Of a stretch of DNA of 64,000 nt, positions 1 to 13,259 are shown in pieces. Every line of letters begins with the position of its first letter. Position 1 is the stretch's first letter. Position numbers and translations under genes: made by a program. This DNA is from Thalia democratica (taxonomy: Eukaryota). The notes beneath the pieces are model-generated. The model saw only the letters and a program-made list of their open reading frames with translations, did no database searches and was not told the DNA's origin. Where the stretch lies: the NCBI GenBank assembly GCA_965202585.1, contig OZ241830.1, positions 74,214,001 to 74,278,000 on the forward strand, given 5' to 3'.

Positions 1-379
1 GTCTTTTAGCACCCCTGAAGTTAATTAAAGTAACTAACAAAAGCAGTTTAAAGTGATGTAATATCAGCAATTCAAATCATGTTTAAATAATCTAAAATGT
101 AGAAATAAAAAGTATGTTTTGTGTATAAGCAATTAAATCTACAAATTTAACAAAAAAATTGCTCTTAATTAGTTGTACTTTGAAGTTGTATAATACTAAT
201 AGTTTTAACAATCAACATTCTTCATTTATTATTAACTTAAATTTTGTTATAAGTATATCTAACTATGTAAAAACAATAGAATTTTAAAGAATAACTCCAT
301 ACAAAAGACTAACAAACAAGTAAATCTTCTAATTAATCATACAACTAAATACATATGAAAACAAGCAACAATATATCAC

Positions 380-1522
380 CTGATGAGTATTAGACCTTCG
401 GACAAGTTTTCAACGAGCATCACCTCACACAAGCTCCATATCAGCTCCATGGTCTTGTACAAGTCGGCTCCCTTTTCATCTCCTTCCTTACTTGCCTCCA
501 AATAGCAGCACCTCAGTATTGATCTGTACTTCTTGCTGCTCTGAATCATCACCTGTGCCATTGGTAAAGCATAAATATATATTTTCTAAACAAATTTTTA
601 AAAACTAAACAAGCAGATTTAGTTGGCACTGTTTTTAGAGCACTTTTAGTCAAATGTTATTGCCTAAACTGGAAAAATAAAACTAAACAAAGTTGATTTG
701 TTAAAAAAAGAAAATCAAAATTGATTCATGTTGTTTTTTTGTACACCTTTTAGTAAAAAAATACTTAGTTGTATTCAACTAACAGTCTCAATTGTTAATA
801 AAAGCTTAGTTAGTGCATGCATGTTACATTTAATAAACTATTGTAAGTAGAACAACTAGTTAACTTTTATTTGTTTCAATTAGGTACTTTTAAAATACAC
901 TAATCATCACCTCACTGTATGACAAGTCGTTCCCTAATAATACAAAATTAAATGTGAACAGACAAAGTTAGCACTTTTTTTCAGAGTGACCACAGTCAAA
1001 CATTTTCTTTATTCATACATATAGTTATTTGCCTTAACTAAAAAAGAATGCTCAATTTACTGGGATGAAAGAGCTTATTAAATATTTTCAATATTTTATT
1101 TTTGCTTGAAAAGGTCACAATTTTTTGCCACCAAAACCGGTCGCGAATAAAACATATAATTTGCATAAATTTATTCATTCTAGTTTTTCAGAGTGACCAC
1201 AGTCAAACATTTTATCAATTTATACATAAAATATCTCAACCATCACCTCTGTGTAAGAAGAGTCGTTCATGTCAATCCTCTTCATCTGCTTGTGCACAAT
1301 GTGTGACTGGTGCACCAGTTTCCTGGCAATCGGGTCAATCAGCTCCTGGTTCCACGTGACAAAGTGCAGTTTCGATGGTTTCTCTGAAGTTTCAGTTTCA
1401 CCGGTTGGCGCAAGGTAGGCGGCTATCTCGTAAGCAGGGCTCAGTTTTGCAAAGAGAGCTTTGCCACGGCACAAATCGTCCTTTATGTTTATTGTTTCCG
1501 AGTTCAGTTTGCTTATGTCCAT
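380..1522 (-). CDS. NUP85: Nucleoporin Nup85, 5' part (exon 1 1522-1247, exon 2 552-380; gene continues beyond the left edge)
   Basis: Exon 1 (276 nt, ends TYE|gtgatg) joins exon 2 after a cacag acceptor in phase 0. The product includes MIQSSKKYRSILRCC...MELIWSLCEVMLVE, which I recognise as matching vertebrate NUP85 LVRVSKNYRSVIRAC...MELIWNLCEILFIE. Exon 2 ends AG|gtgata. Confidence 0.9.
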
Positions 1523-1718
1523 TTTTAATTATTATCTGATGAGAAAATAGTTATTAAATTTTAGTTGTATTATGGCTGTTTGTAATTTATTCAGTGTCTT
1601 TTTACTTTTTTTTGTTCATTTTGTAAGGAAAATCCTATTTTGTTAAACTAAAATTCATCAACACTATAACCAAAATAAAGTTTTACGCCAGTTTTATCAT
1701 TAAATTTATTACAATTAA

Positions 1719-2364
1719 CGGCATAGGAGGGTTAACACCCTTTTTTGGTTTTAAATCTTATTTTATATAGTTCTTATTAAGCTAAAGATTTAAAAAATTA
1801 AAACAATTTTTGAGATATAGCCGGTCAAAGTCGGAGGCAACTATAGGATCCTTATAGGAAGCACAAACTAAAACAGCAAATAACTAGAAATCACTAAAAC
1901 TCTATCACCTTCTACGTTTTTTGAGATAACTACCTAAAATTTTCAGGAAATTTTCCTTGCAATATTTAAAAATTCTGTCAGAACAGAATTTAAAAAAAAA
2001 ATTTAATAAAAAAGCTAAAAAAAACTGTTTTTTTTTTGTTTTTTTTTATATAAAATTTTATTTTTTTTAAAACTCTTTCCTACAGATTTTTTTAAGAATA
2101 TTAAGGAACATTTCCTAAAAGTTTGAGGTAGTTATCTCAAAAAAAGGAGGAGAAAATATATTTTTAGTGAAATAGTCTATTTTTGCTATTTTAGTTTGCG
2201 CCTCCCATAAGGAACCTATTGTTGCCTCCAACTTTGACCAGCTACATCTCAAAAATTATTTTAATTTTTAAAATCTGTAAAAAGCATCTTGTAGCTTAAT
2301 AAAAACTATATAAAATAAGATCAAAAACCAAAAAATGGTGTTTACCCCCAATCCCTCTATGCCC
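1719..2364. mobile_element. Non-autonomous, near-palindromic MITE with TTAA-type target (Kolobok/piggyBac-like), copy 1
   Basis: Long imperfect inverted arms, e.g. ggcatagg...aacaccc / ggtgttt...ctatgcc and ccggtcaaagtcggaggcaac / gttgcctccaactttgaccag. Flanked by ttaa and ttat. A related copy lies at 61275-61888. GG...CC termini with a TTAA target fit Kolobok, but the family call is tentative. Confidence 0.7.
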
Positions 2365-3553
2365 TTATAGCAATAAAAAAGAATGTTTTTAAACTGAAAG
2401 GATTTAACTTATATATTAGTCAATTATAAGCAATTTGAAATTAAACTTCAATCATTTTATTGACAGTTTAAATACTAATAAAAACTTTTCAGCAAGTATA
2501 TGATAAACTTATCACCTTACATAGTTCTTTTTTTTTAATTTTTACCAATTTATATACTGTAGACGGTATCAATTTACAACTTGTAAAAAATAAATTTAAC
2601 TGTATTCTTATTGAAAGATTTCCAAAGTTTTTCAGTGGCATTATCCAAATACAAAAACTTAACTAGGGTTATAACATTGATATAATCAAACAGTATAATT
2701 AAGAAAACTTTTAATTGTAAATAATTTCAAAAGTTAAGAAATATACCCTGAGTTTCTAAAAACAAAAACATCTTCAAACTATTCCAGGTTGCTTTGAGTT
2801 CAAAACTGAATACTTATATTATTTTTTAGGAACATAAGAAGTGTTATTTTTGTAATAAAATAGTGTTGATGTTATGTAAAATTCTTGAGAAAAAAAAATT
2901 ATATTTAATGGCTATTAATCTAATAAAATAAGAGCAACTCTCTAACATAAATTTAATTTCATCTAAAACCAAACCCATTTTAGAACAAAAGATAAACAGT
3001 GTAAAGACAAAAAAAGTTTATAATAAATAAAATACAAAGCCTCACAGCTATAATTAATGAAATGGGTGAAGAAAATATTTGAAGTCCTTATAAACTTTTA
3101 CTATTAACTGTTATGAATTAAATCAAAAAGTTTTTTATTTCATTTATTGAAATTAATTTCAGCACATTTAACAGTCTTCTACTTTTATTTTTATGTATAT
3201 GATCTTTTTAAAACTATTGAATTTAATATTTTAGGTTCATTTATAAAAACTGTTTATGTCATCTAACTTAATATTGACCACAACACTACTATAGTAATCT
3301 TTAAATAAGAATACAAGTAAAAAATATTACAGAACTAAACTATCAATGATTTGACTTTAAGTTTAAAAAAACTTTCAAACATCAAAAAAATTGATTATTA
3401 GTTTAAAAATAAGTAACAAAAAAAATTAAAATAGTCTTTATATTAACACTGAAGGTGTTCAGTTATGTTTACTTGGTACAACTAATTTTCATTGCTGGGC
3501 AGATCTTCAGAAAGAAAATAATAAATAAATATATATTACTTCTTTTCATATTG

Positions 3554-3579
3554 TATATATATATATATATATATATATA
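3554..3579. repeat. (TA)n microsatellite (others at ~4211-4228, 9379-9418, 41881-41908)
   Basis: Directly visible TA dinucleotide runs. Confidence 0.95.
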
Positions 3580-4142
3580 GATTAATTTGTAGTAGTTATA
3601 AATGATAAAACAATAAGTATTTTTAAGTATTAGGACTAAAACCAAATAAAAAATTTAATCATTAACAACAATATCAAACAAAAATTAAAAAGGCAAAACG
3701 AAACTTAAATAAAAAAAACTATATAACAATAAAATAAAATTCAAAGTAATATTATTTAAAATGAGGGTAATAGAGCTAAGAGCTTTGAACTTAAATTTAA
3801 TGACTATTCTTTGTTGCATTCTGCAATGGCTATTCTTTGCAAACTGCATATTGTGTACACTTCTGGTTTTTTAGGGGCTTGCATGATATTTTGTACATGA
3901 TGGATTTTTTGATTTGCAGATATTACTGCAATCTAAATTGTTTCTCTGTCTATATATGCCAACAACTTTGTCTGGGTGAATTTTTAGACTTGAAGCTACT
4001 TGTTATGTAATTGTTGTGAAGTATGTGGATGGATAGAGAGGCTTTATGTAGGTGCTGATTATAAGGTTAAGATACACAAAAAATAAATATTTAAAACAAC
4101 TACTTCAGCATCAAAGGCTTCTTCATCCAATTAATTAAAACA

Positions 4143-4184
4143 CTTGGCTGAAGAAGTGTTTGATGCTGAAACAGTTGTTCCAAG
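4143..4184 (+). ncRNA. Candidate minimal type I hammerhead ribozyme (CUGAAGA variant)
   Basis: CTTGG-CTGAAGA-AGTG(tttga)TGCT-GAA-ACA(gt)TGT-T-CCAAG. Stem I is CTTGG/CCAAG, the core nucleotides are present, stem II is weak (two G-U pairs) and the cleavage triplet is GUU. A degenerate inverted copy lies at 4093-4131. Confidence 0.45.
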
Positions 4185-4248
4185 CAAAAGTTTAATATTT
4201 TGTATATCTTATATATATATATATATATCAGATATACAAAATTTATAA

Positions 4249-4344
4249 CAGTGGTCCATTTTAGGTTGTAAAAACTTTATGATGAATATGTATATATATA
4301 TACATATTCATCATAAAGTTTTTACAACCTAAAATGGACCACTG
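4249..4344. repeat. Perfect 96-bp palindrome centred on (TA)6
   Basis: cagtggtccattttaggttgtaaaaactttatgatgaatatg-(ta)6-catattcatcataaagtttttacaacctaaaatggaccactg; the arms are exact reverse complements. Confidence 0.97.
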
Positions 4345-4767
4345 CTATCAGAAGCATAACCCAATAACAACAAGAACTAATGATAAAAGAGTGACCTGAT
4401 ATTGACAAAAAATACTCTCTGAGTTTAACATCGCATGATCAAAACCTTGTGGCTGACACATTTACAAAAAAGAAATATTTTTAAATTTTGCCATTAAACA
4501 TATTATAATACCAACCCAATTTGACCTAATTATATTATTTGGTTTTTTATTATAATATTTATTATGTCAGTATTTACAGACTTAATTAGTATTAGATAAA
4601 AAATCCTTAACTTCAATTTATTTGTTGTTAAAAAGGTTAACTATTGTATCAAAGTTTTATAAAATTTTGTTAGTTGTTTTCTATCAGAATTAATATACAT
4701 ATGTTATTTGTTAAGTAACTAATAAATAAGAATATGTTATACTTTGGCTAAATTTTATTAACTATTT

Positions 4768-4869
4768 GTCCTGGACAAGAAGTTAAAAGGTATCTGTGGT
4801 ATACGACTCAATAAGCAAAAGGTTCTTCGTGCACCAGGTCCTAAAACTAAATATGTTGAGCACTTTTAT
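4768..4869 (+). mobile_element. Dispersed SINE-like element, copy 1
   Basis: Shares gtcctggacaag..gttaaaaggt..gtggtgtacgactcgataaccgaaaggttctttgtgcaccaggtcc with copies at 7604, 21952, 41771, 45934 and ~47400. Confidence 0.75.
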
Positions 4870-7603
4870 ATTTTCCAATAAACTATAATCATCTTTAACT
4901 AAAATTGAATGTTAGTACTTTGAATGAAATACTAATATGGACTTTTCACTGTTCAAACTTTAAAAATACTTACGAAAAATCAGGGATGGCTTAAGGCTTA
5001 TTTTCTAGACTCTGTGTCTGTGCTACCTAGGAAAAATAACTCAAAACTATCTATTCTTTTAATCAAAAACTTTAGAAAAAAACTACTTTTTGTTCTTAAC
5101 ATTTTAATAAATAGTGAGTTTATAATTTTTTTAGCATTTAAAATTGATGAATGAGAGCATACTAAGAAAGTACAATACAACTTCTAAAACAACTTTTTCT
5201 AATTTTAGTTTTAAAATTTATTATGATTTCAAAATCATTTTTGTTTGGTATAAATGCAGTTGTAATACATTTATATGGTATACTGACATTACATACAAAT
5301 ACTAAAAGCTATCACGTTCACAATTACAATTTTCAATAATATATATTTAACTAACTGCAATTAATAAAATTAAACGATAGTTTTATTAAACTTTGTATGC
5401 ATCAATCTTAACAAACGATTAGTTTTTGCTTACTCAGTATTTAAGAAAAATCAATGCAATAAGCTAAAAGACTGGCTTTGCATTTAAAAGTTTTGATTTG
5501 AAACATTTAAAAAACAAAAGTCTTAGCATATTTCAAAATTTCAATTAGTTTAACATGCTTTTATAAGTAGTACTTAAAACTATGGGCATAAAAAAATTGT
5601 TAATATGTTGAATAATGTTTTAGTAATAAATTAGACATAATTATACATACGCTTTACTTATTATGGGCATAAAACTTTTGAAATGCTTGTTGTTCTAAGA
5701 ATATTTTAATATCAGAATCTATCATGCTTTTATTTATTTGTACGATTAGTTATTTAAAAGTAAATAAAACTAATGTTTTTAATGTATAGTAAATTAGTTT
5801 CTTACTAATTTAAACTTGTCAGTGTATATGATTAATTGACATTCAAGACAAGCTCCTTCTTAAAACTACATTTTACTTTATACTTTAAAGCTTTTAACAC
5901 ATTGGAAAAAACATACTTAAATAAAAAATAGCAAAAATTTGTAATCAAAAAAATAATATAATAGGTTATCAACTGATTTAATATAAAATAATGTTGGATG
6001 CTTAAAAGTTAAAAGAATATAAATAGCGTTGTATTTAGTTATGAATAATAAAAAATTTATGCCTTGGTTTTAAATATGTAAATATTTAAATTTAATCCTG
6101 ATACAAGTATATGACTCAAACTTTTTTTCGATTAATCTTAATAAACTAGAAATTGGTAATAGTACTAGGTTTTATCAATTACTTGAGCATTAACATAGTT
6201 GTACCTAAAATTAATTTCTTGTTAACAAAGTATTCTCCTAGAATATAGACTTTAAAGTTAAACAACTATGTATATGTTAGAAGTTTAACCTAAAAATTAT
6301 TTTTGAAAGAACTTATTTGTTTTTAGAACATAACATTTAAAAAAAGCAGATTTGCAAGCTTATAGTATAAAATATTTTACTTAAAGCCGTTGGTAAACAA
6401 AATGAATCTGGACATAACTTTTATAAATAAAATCTTTTCTAGATTATAATTTCGAATAAAAACACATTACATACTTATCAACCCACTTTTATACATGCTT
6501 TTAATGTTTACCCATGATGACTCAAACTTTACATAATTCAACTAATTCTAAAAACACACATGAGCTAAACTAGTTTTTTCATCCAAATTTCGTAAACTTT
6601 TACCCAGCTTTGTAAGTTAAAATTTGAGTTAAAAAACTATCCAGATGTTTTTTAAATAGTTTCTATGTAAAAAAATTAAAAATATGTTTTTATTAAAAAC
6701 TTTAAGCATTGCCATAAAAAGTAGTTTTTAAAGCACTAACATTGTAAAGTTATAACATTAGATATTATTGTCTCATTCTTAAAACTTATCTTAAAAACTT
6801 AAAACTTAGCTATGCATAATAGTTGTCTTTATAGTGAGCAAACTGTTTAACTTCATGTACAAAACACAGACTAAGTGTAGGATACGATTGGTAATCTTTA
6901 ATAAAACTAAACTTTACATTAACTTTATCTTTTTTTGTGGGAGTAACTTATATTTTTGTAAGGCGACCGAAGTGAATAAAGTTTTAAGGTTACATGTATT
7001 TACAATACATAAAACACCATAAAAATACGATGAGTTAGCAATTTAAAAAAAAGCATTTGAATACGCTGCAGACTTCAATTTGTTGATTTTCGGTGATGTA
7101 TTTATGAGAAACTAACATAAATAGTTTGCTTAATCTATACCATTTTAAATTAGTATAAAAATAATTTCTGATAAATTAGTAGATACCTCAATCTAGTTAA
7201 TTTGAATTATTGTTATGCTAAACTAAAAGCAACACACTAAAAAATTAGCTCAAGGATAAACTATTTTGTATTTAAACATAGAACAAATTATAAATCTGTT
7301 CTACACTTCTTGTTTTATTATTTTTCAAAAAATATAAAAATTGATATGTACAACATTACTTGTTTCTTCAAAAACTTATAACCTCTATATAAGTTAAACT
7401 AAAGTTATATATAATTTTTAGTTTTTATATTACTAAACAAGATTCATAGTACATTATTAAACACAAAATTCAGTTAATTTTCGTTTAGTTTTATTTTCTT
7501 TCATTTTTCTTTTCATTCAATTGATTTATTACTAAAGATTTAAATACTTGAATGATAAAAAACAAACTATGTGTATTATCCAGTAAGAAACTTTACAATC
7601 ATT

Positions 7604-7678
7604 TGTGGTGTACGACTCGATAACCAAAAGGTTTCTTTGTACACCAGGTCCTTAGACCAAACTTTTTGAGCACTTTTT
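7604..7678 (+). mobile_element. Dispersed SINE-like element, copy 2
   Basis: tgtggtgtacgactcgataaccaaaaggtttctttgtacaccaggtccttagacc...ttgagcac, homologous to the other copies. Confidence 0.75.
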
Positions 7679-7832
7679 TATCGTTTAATAAACAATATTA
7701 TAGATAAACTTTATCAACATGCTTAAGAAAAAAATTTGTTTGAATTTTTATTTTCGAAATAAGTTGTAAACGCTAAAGTAATAAAAAGTAAGAAAATAAA
7801 TAAGAAAGTAATATATCCGCACACTATTCATT

Positions 7833-9375
7833 TTATATACAGATAATTGATTCACTCAGTTCAGAATTATATTTCTTTTTAGTTGATAAAATTCGGGCTT
7901 TTACAAAATTTTCTTTATATCTATTGACATTTATTTGAAACACATCATCAGAAATTCTCGTTAAGTTTTCTGATATTTTTCCGTTCACCAGTATCTGGGG
8001 TTTCTGAAACATATATTTGTTTTTGGTGCGTTGTTTTTTAGCGTCTAACTCTAAAATATTTTGATTGCTTTGAAAGTGACTTCAAATACCTTTGTAGATA
8101 ATTAATTAAGTACTTCAAGAGAACAATTGAACAACTATAAAAGTTTTGCCTTCAAACTACCAACCCATACTTTTATGAGCACAGAAAATATAAAATATCA
8201 TACAAGTAAAATAACTTACAAAATATTTTTTTTTATATATGCTTGTAGAATAACTTTCAAAAAATACTTGTAATATTACTTACAAAATGATCGTAGGTAT
8301 CTATCACATCCACATTATCCGGAAACTTCAGTTTTATTTCGCACTTATCACCTAGCAACGATGCTGACGTCACAGTTGGAACTTCCGGTTTCAAACCGGA
8401 AGAACGAAAGAAATAGTCTCTATCTAATGGATTGTGACGATAAGCGAAAGGGTGGTTCCATTTTACCTGTATTTCAGTTTTTTCATATAAATGTTTAATA
8501 ATAACTTATTTGAAAATTTTTAAACAGAGCTAAAGCTAAATGTTTGGTTTTTTATTCAAAAGTAAACTTAACTTTAAATTAAGCTTAGACTTCATTGCAT
8601 ATAGCATACCATTTGCAACAAGTATATTTATGCGAATTTTAACGTACATACTATATAGTACACAGTAAACATTCAATTAATGCTTTATGACTATTTATTG
8701 ACATAAATAAAAGAAGAAAACATAAGATTTTATATAGATCATTTTAAAACCAAACTCACGTTCACTAAGTACTCGGTGTCCGGCCTGAACTTTTCGTTGG
8801 CGACGATCACGTTTCTGGTCGTGACCCCGTCGACGCGAACCGGCTCGGACCTGAACGGCCGGTTGACGTCGAGGAAGTAGAGCGTGACGTTGAAATTGGC
8901 GGGAAGGTTGACCCGGTCGAAGAACCTGAGGGCGAAGAAGGGGGTCGGGTGGATTTTCGTGATTTTGCTCGAAGAGCTTTTCACGTCGAATACTGAAATT
9001 GTATACAGCTGTGTTTCTTGAACATTAAATTAAAGCTGATTATCTTGATTATATATTTTTTTAAGTTAATACTGCTTAATTTGATTATCAGCATAATAAT
9101 ATTTTTTGTTATTAACAAATTTTATAATTAACCATTTTAAAATCAAATATATAACTAATGAACGGAATACACATTTTACAGTTGTGTTTCTTTGATAATG
9201 TTTGAAAGTGTTAAGGATATATTTTGTTTAAAAGTCAGTAATTTTCAATTTTTTTATTATAGAATAATTTTAGTTTATTAAAAGTTTATTTATTTATACA
9301 ATTAATAACTACTTACCTTCTATATCACAGCGACATCCACGCCCCACTAAAATATTATTTTTTTAGACTTTACTT

Positions 9376-9419
<44 letters not shown>

Positions 9420-10779
9420 TATGTTGTTGTTTGATTAAACTAATTCTATTTCTAATAATTATCAACTGTTTAATACATAAAAAACGTCAAGTGAAATCAC
9501 TCACAACAAGTAGGCTTTTTTCTTCTTCTGCTAACAAACTTGGCGTTCCAGTTTTGGCAAATTTCTCTGACAGTGTCAACGTGAAATTTGTATTTATGAA
9601 GTTTGCGGCTGAAATAGAATCTGCCAAGACCGTCAACATCTCCGAAATCATCAATGCCTGTGTTTGTTTTTATATTAAAAACAATAAAAAGTGGTGTTAG
9701 TTTATAAGTGCTACACTTTGTAATTTAGAATTTATACATGCATTTGTAAATTGAAAGTTACACGCTAATAAATATCACTTGTGACATTAGAAGTTACTTT
9801 CTGTAAAACTAAAAAAAACATCTAATGAAAGTGTAAAATTATGACCATATTAACAAAATATTTTACTTTACTTTTAATAAAGTAATCATGAACCATCTTA
9901 CCTTCAACATCAACAAACTTATGACTTTCACCATCAACTGAGCAGGTATAGTTGTCGTGGTTCATTGTTATTTCTGGTCTCACCTAAACAATTTTTTTTT
10001 GTTTTCTTTATGTTTTACTAACAATTACTATTGTTTTTCACAATGTTTTGTGATATCGAAATAGCAAACTAACAACTTTCAAAGAAGTAACAAGTGTATT
10101 CGTCTTGTGTTTGTATTTGCTAGCCACTTCAAAGTGAGGATAGCCTTCAACACTCAAACCGTTGAGCAGCCAAACGACATTTCTCCTGCTTGAAGTTGAA
10201 AACTTGCACACGAACGTCATTTTATCAGTTCCTTTTCTTTTCGCAGATATCAGCTTTGTCGCTTTGTCATCTACGTTTCATAGTTATTTTACTTAAACTT
10301 ATTAAATTTCAATTTTTATATGGTGAAAGTTGATTAAAAACTTATGCAATCGTTTCAAACTTAAAGCAAATTTATGGTTAGACATTGAGTATTGTTCAGA
10401 GATCGTTATTATTGCACAGCCAAACACAATTTACTTCTATTTTAGAACAGCCAAACAAAATCAATTCTATTTAAAATAATCTTCTAAAATTTTTGTTTTT
10501 TATTTTATTTAAATACAACTGTTTGAACACTGTACAAAAACAATTAACTTATTAGAAATAATTAAGATTTATGTAATTGATAAATACAGTTTTTTTTATT
10601 CAATAAACAAATACAAAACTTACAGTAAAAGTTATAAAATACAGTTTAAAGTTTAGGAAAAATGTAATATGACAATGATTATAAATACTAAAAAGTTATA
10701 TAATAAATCACAAACCTCCGTTAGCAGCAGCAAATACCATACAAGCTAAAAAAATAAGTGTTTTCTTCATGTTCATCAT
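7833..10779 (-). CDS. Uncharacterised secreted protein: signal peptide + Ig-like + Cys-rich/EGF-like + FN3-like domains (8 exons; terminal exon has an apparent 1-nt frameshift)
   Basis: Exons 10779-10716, 10270-10077, 9983-9902, 9657-9505, 9346-9317, 8992-8760 and 8466-8284 all have GT-AG ends and consistent phases. Signal peptide MMNMKKTLIFLACMVFAAANG; Ig pattern FVC..VVWLLNG..YTC; C-x14-C-x4-CRC; FN3-like RPDTEYLVNV. The last exon from 8089 stops at 8051 unless shifted by -1, which opens ~75 further codons to 7833. Confidence 0.75.
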
Positions 10780-13259
10780 CTATATTCTATTCTTGAAAAG
10801 TTTTTATCTCGTTTAACTTATCTCTACCTTATTAGCCAAAGTTTTATATGTGTCTACAAACAATTATTTAAGAGCACAGTATCAAATACATTTAAATGGT
10901 CATAAAAATTCACTTAATTAATAAAAGTATTGACTTGTTTTCAAAAGTAAGCAAACTGTCTAAGTTACAATGTTTTGTTATGTTAGAAACAATTTAAGTT
11001 TTGTTTTAACAAGTTAAAAATAGAGTTTTATTTAGAAAACTGGTACAATGTGTAAAAAATAATACAGTGTGTTTCAACTTTAAAAGGTTTTGATTAGAAT
11101 TAACAAAAGTAAACTATCACTTTCTGTTTCAAAATACTATTTTCAACGTTTGTTTTAAAACCTAAATTACTTAAAAAGTTTTTTTAGATTATTTATATTT
11201 ATATTGTTGGATAAAATTTTCAAAAACTTATAACAGAAACTTGCTCTAATGATAGTCAGTTTTTAAGGTTACTTGGCTTTATTCACAGCTGTTATTAACA
11301 ACTTAAATGTTAAACAATAAAGTGAATTTAACTAAATACTGTAGTTGGAAACAAACAGACTTAACTCTTATTAAAACAAAATGTTGTATGTTTTAAGTTA
11401 AAATTTTATTTTTTTGTCGTTAGTTCGTTTATAAAGTTACAAGTACTAAGTAGTTTAATTTCAAAAAAATCTTTACATAATTAAGTGGTTTCAATATTAT
11501 TTTAGACAATTTAAAACTAATCAAATTTAATTTTATAGTTGACTACAATAATATATGTTTGTCGTAAAGTTTTTTATCAACTAAAACTTTTAAAGTTTAA
11601 ACACTCAGTTAACGAAAAGTTTTTATTATACTTTTTCTACAAAATCATAAAAAGAACATAAAAAATTAGTCAAAATTCCATTAACAAAAGCTTACTTACA
11701 ACTATCAATAAATTATTTAAATACACACTTTGATGCTTTTAAATTATATTGCTTTATTCTATTTACAAACAACTAAGTTAAAACACAATAGAGTGTATTA
11801 ACAACATTAACTTTTTATAAGCTAATAAAACTTATAATAATTTCGATTAACTTTATCATGTCATTATACAATGTAAAACGTACATTGGAATAAGTATTAT
11901 GGATATCTTACTAAAAACTAACCATGTGCTCTCTTTATTTTAGATTAACTTTATCTATAAAACGCAATTAAACTTTGATTAAGATAAATTATTCTAAGCT
12001 ATGTAATTTAGTGAAAACTATTTTAAATATTCTTATATTATTTATATTTCTTAAAAGATTTATAGGCTTTGTAGCATAATAATGATTAAATGTTTAGCTA
12101 GCACAGCATACTTTTAAATTTTTACAGTGAAATCATTAAAACGTTACTTATAAATATATTCAAATCGCTACTTAAAAGTAATTTATTAACATACTAGTGT
12201 TCTCATTTTTTTTTTCAGTGATATTTGCTGTTTTCAGATCAAAGATTACTCAAAGTGCTATAAAACTTATGTCAAAATTAAGGCCTGCAACAACCTCACA
12301 GAATACATTAAGTTTGTTATGCATTTAATATTATACAACATAAAGTTTGTAGAAAATAATGAACGTTATTTGAAAACTGAAAACATTATTTCTTTTTTAA
12401 TTACTATTTTTTCTAAAACTTAAGGTCAGTTAAAGGGCAGTGTATGTGTACATAGAAGGTCATATATCTGAAACTTCTCAATAAAGTTAATAACTTAAAA
12501 GTTTTAATACTTAAAAGTTAAGTTGATTGATTCTTGTCCAAGAATTTAGTTAAATTAGCTAATTTAATAACTGCTGATTTAATTTCTATGACTAAGCAAG
12601 CAGTTTGTGGTTACCTCATAATTCTATATTTCTTTCAAACTTGATGTTATAATTCGTAGTTTTCACGCCCAGTAAATAAAAACATGTTTTATAATTTGTT
12701 TGCAAGCTTTTCCGGTTTTGCCGAGTAAGTTACATACCTTTGACACAGTCAAAGTAGCTGCTTTATGAAATTGATGAGACAGTGAATCGGTCGTGAATTA
12801 TTTGGATTTTAACTGTTTTATTTTCAAAGAAAACGAAAATTAAGAGAACTTAAAAAAAAAGGTCATGTTATTCTCGAAAATTATCTGTCCGATTACTAAA
12901 TATCATATTTACAGACATTGATCTATAAGACTACATAAGTTGCGTGAGTCCTGGCACATAGATGAGAAATTGTTGCACTGATTTTTGGTGACATCTAAAT
13001 ATGAAAAAAAGCTCCATAAAACCATTAAAAAGACAGGGTTTGAATTTGTAGTCATTGAAAAAGCCAAGCCCTTTACCAGCCCACTGTGTTAGTATTGGTT
13101 AGTATGTAAATTGATATACCGCTTTACAGCAGCTTTAAAATTAATGTTTTTAGTATGATAATGTACTGTATGGCATAAACATTTCCAAAATATTTTAGCA
13201 TATAATTCTATTAGTGAAGTTAAAGCTTGTTGTCAAATTGCTTACGTCACCAAACTACA

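Noticed and set aside
1102-1359. Short plus-strand ORF overlapping NUP85 exon 1, and other 60-110 aa ORFs with TTG/GTG starts in AT-rich DNA (e.g. 32372-32698, 39537-39836)
   Set aside because: Antisense shadows or chance ORFs with F/L/I/K-biased composition and no splice or domain support.
12771-12793. Hammerhead-like TTGATGAGAC..GAATCGGTC
   Set aside because: C3 missing, no viable stem II, no stem I; too degenerate to call.
12900-13200. Possible decayed GIY-YIG endonuclease C-terminus (IEKAKPF...), and a similar hint on the minus strand at ~3800-4060
   Set aside because: Multiple stops and no clear GIY or YIG motif by eye; would need a translated HMM search.
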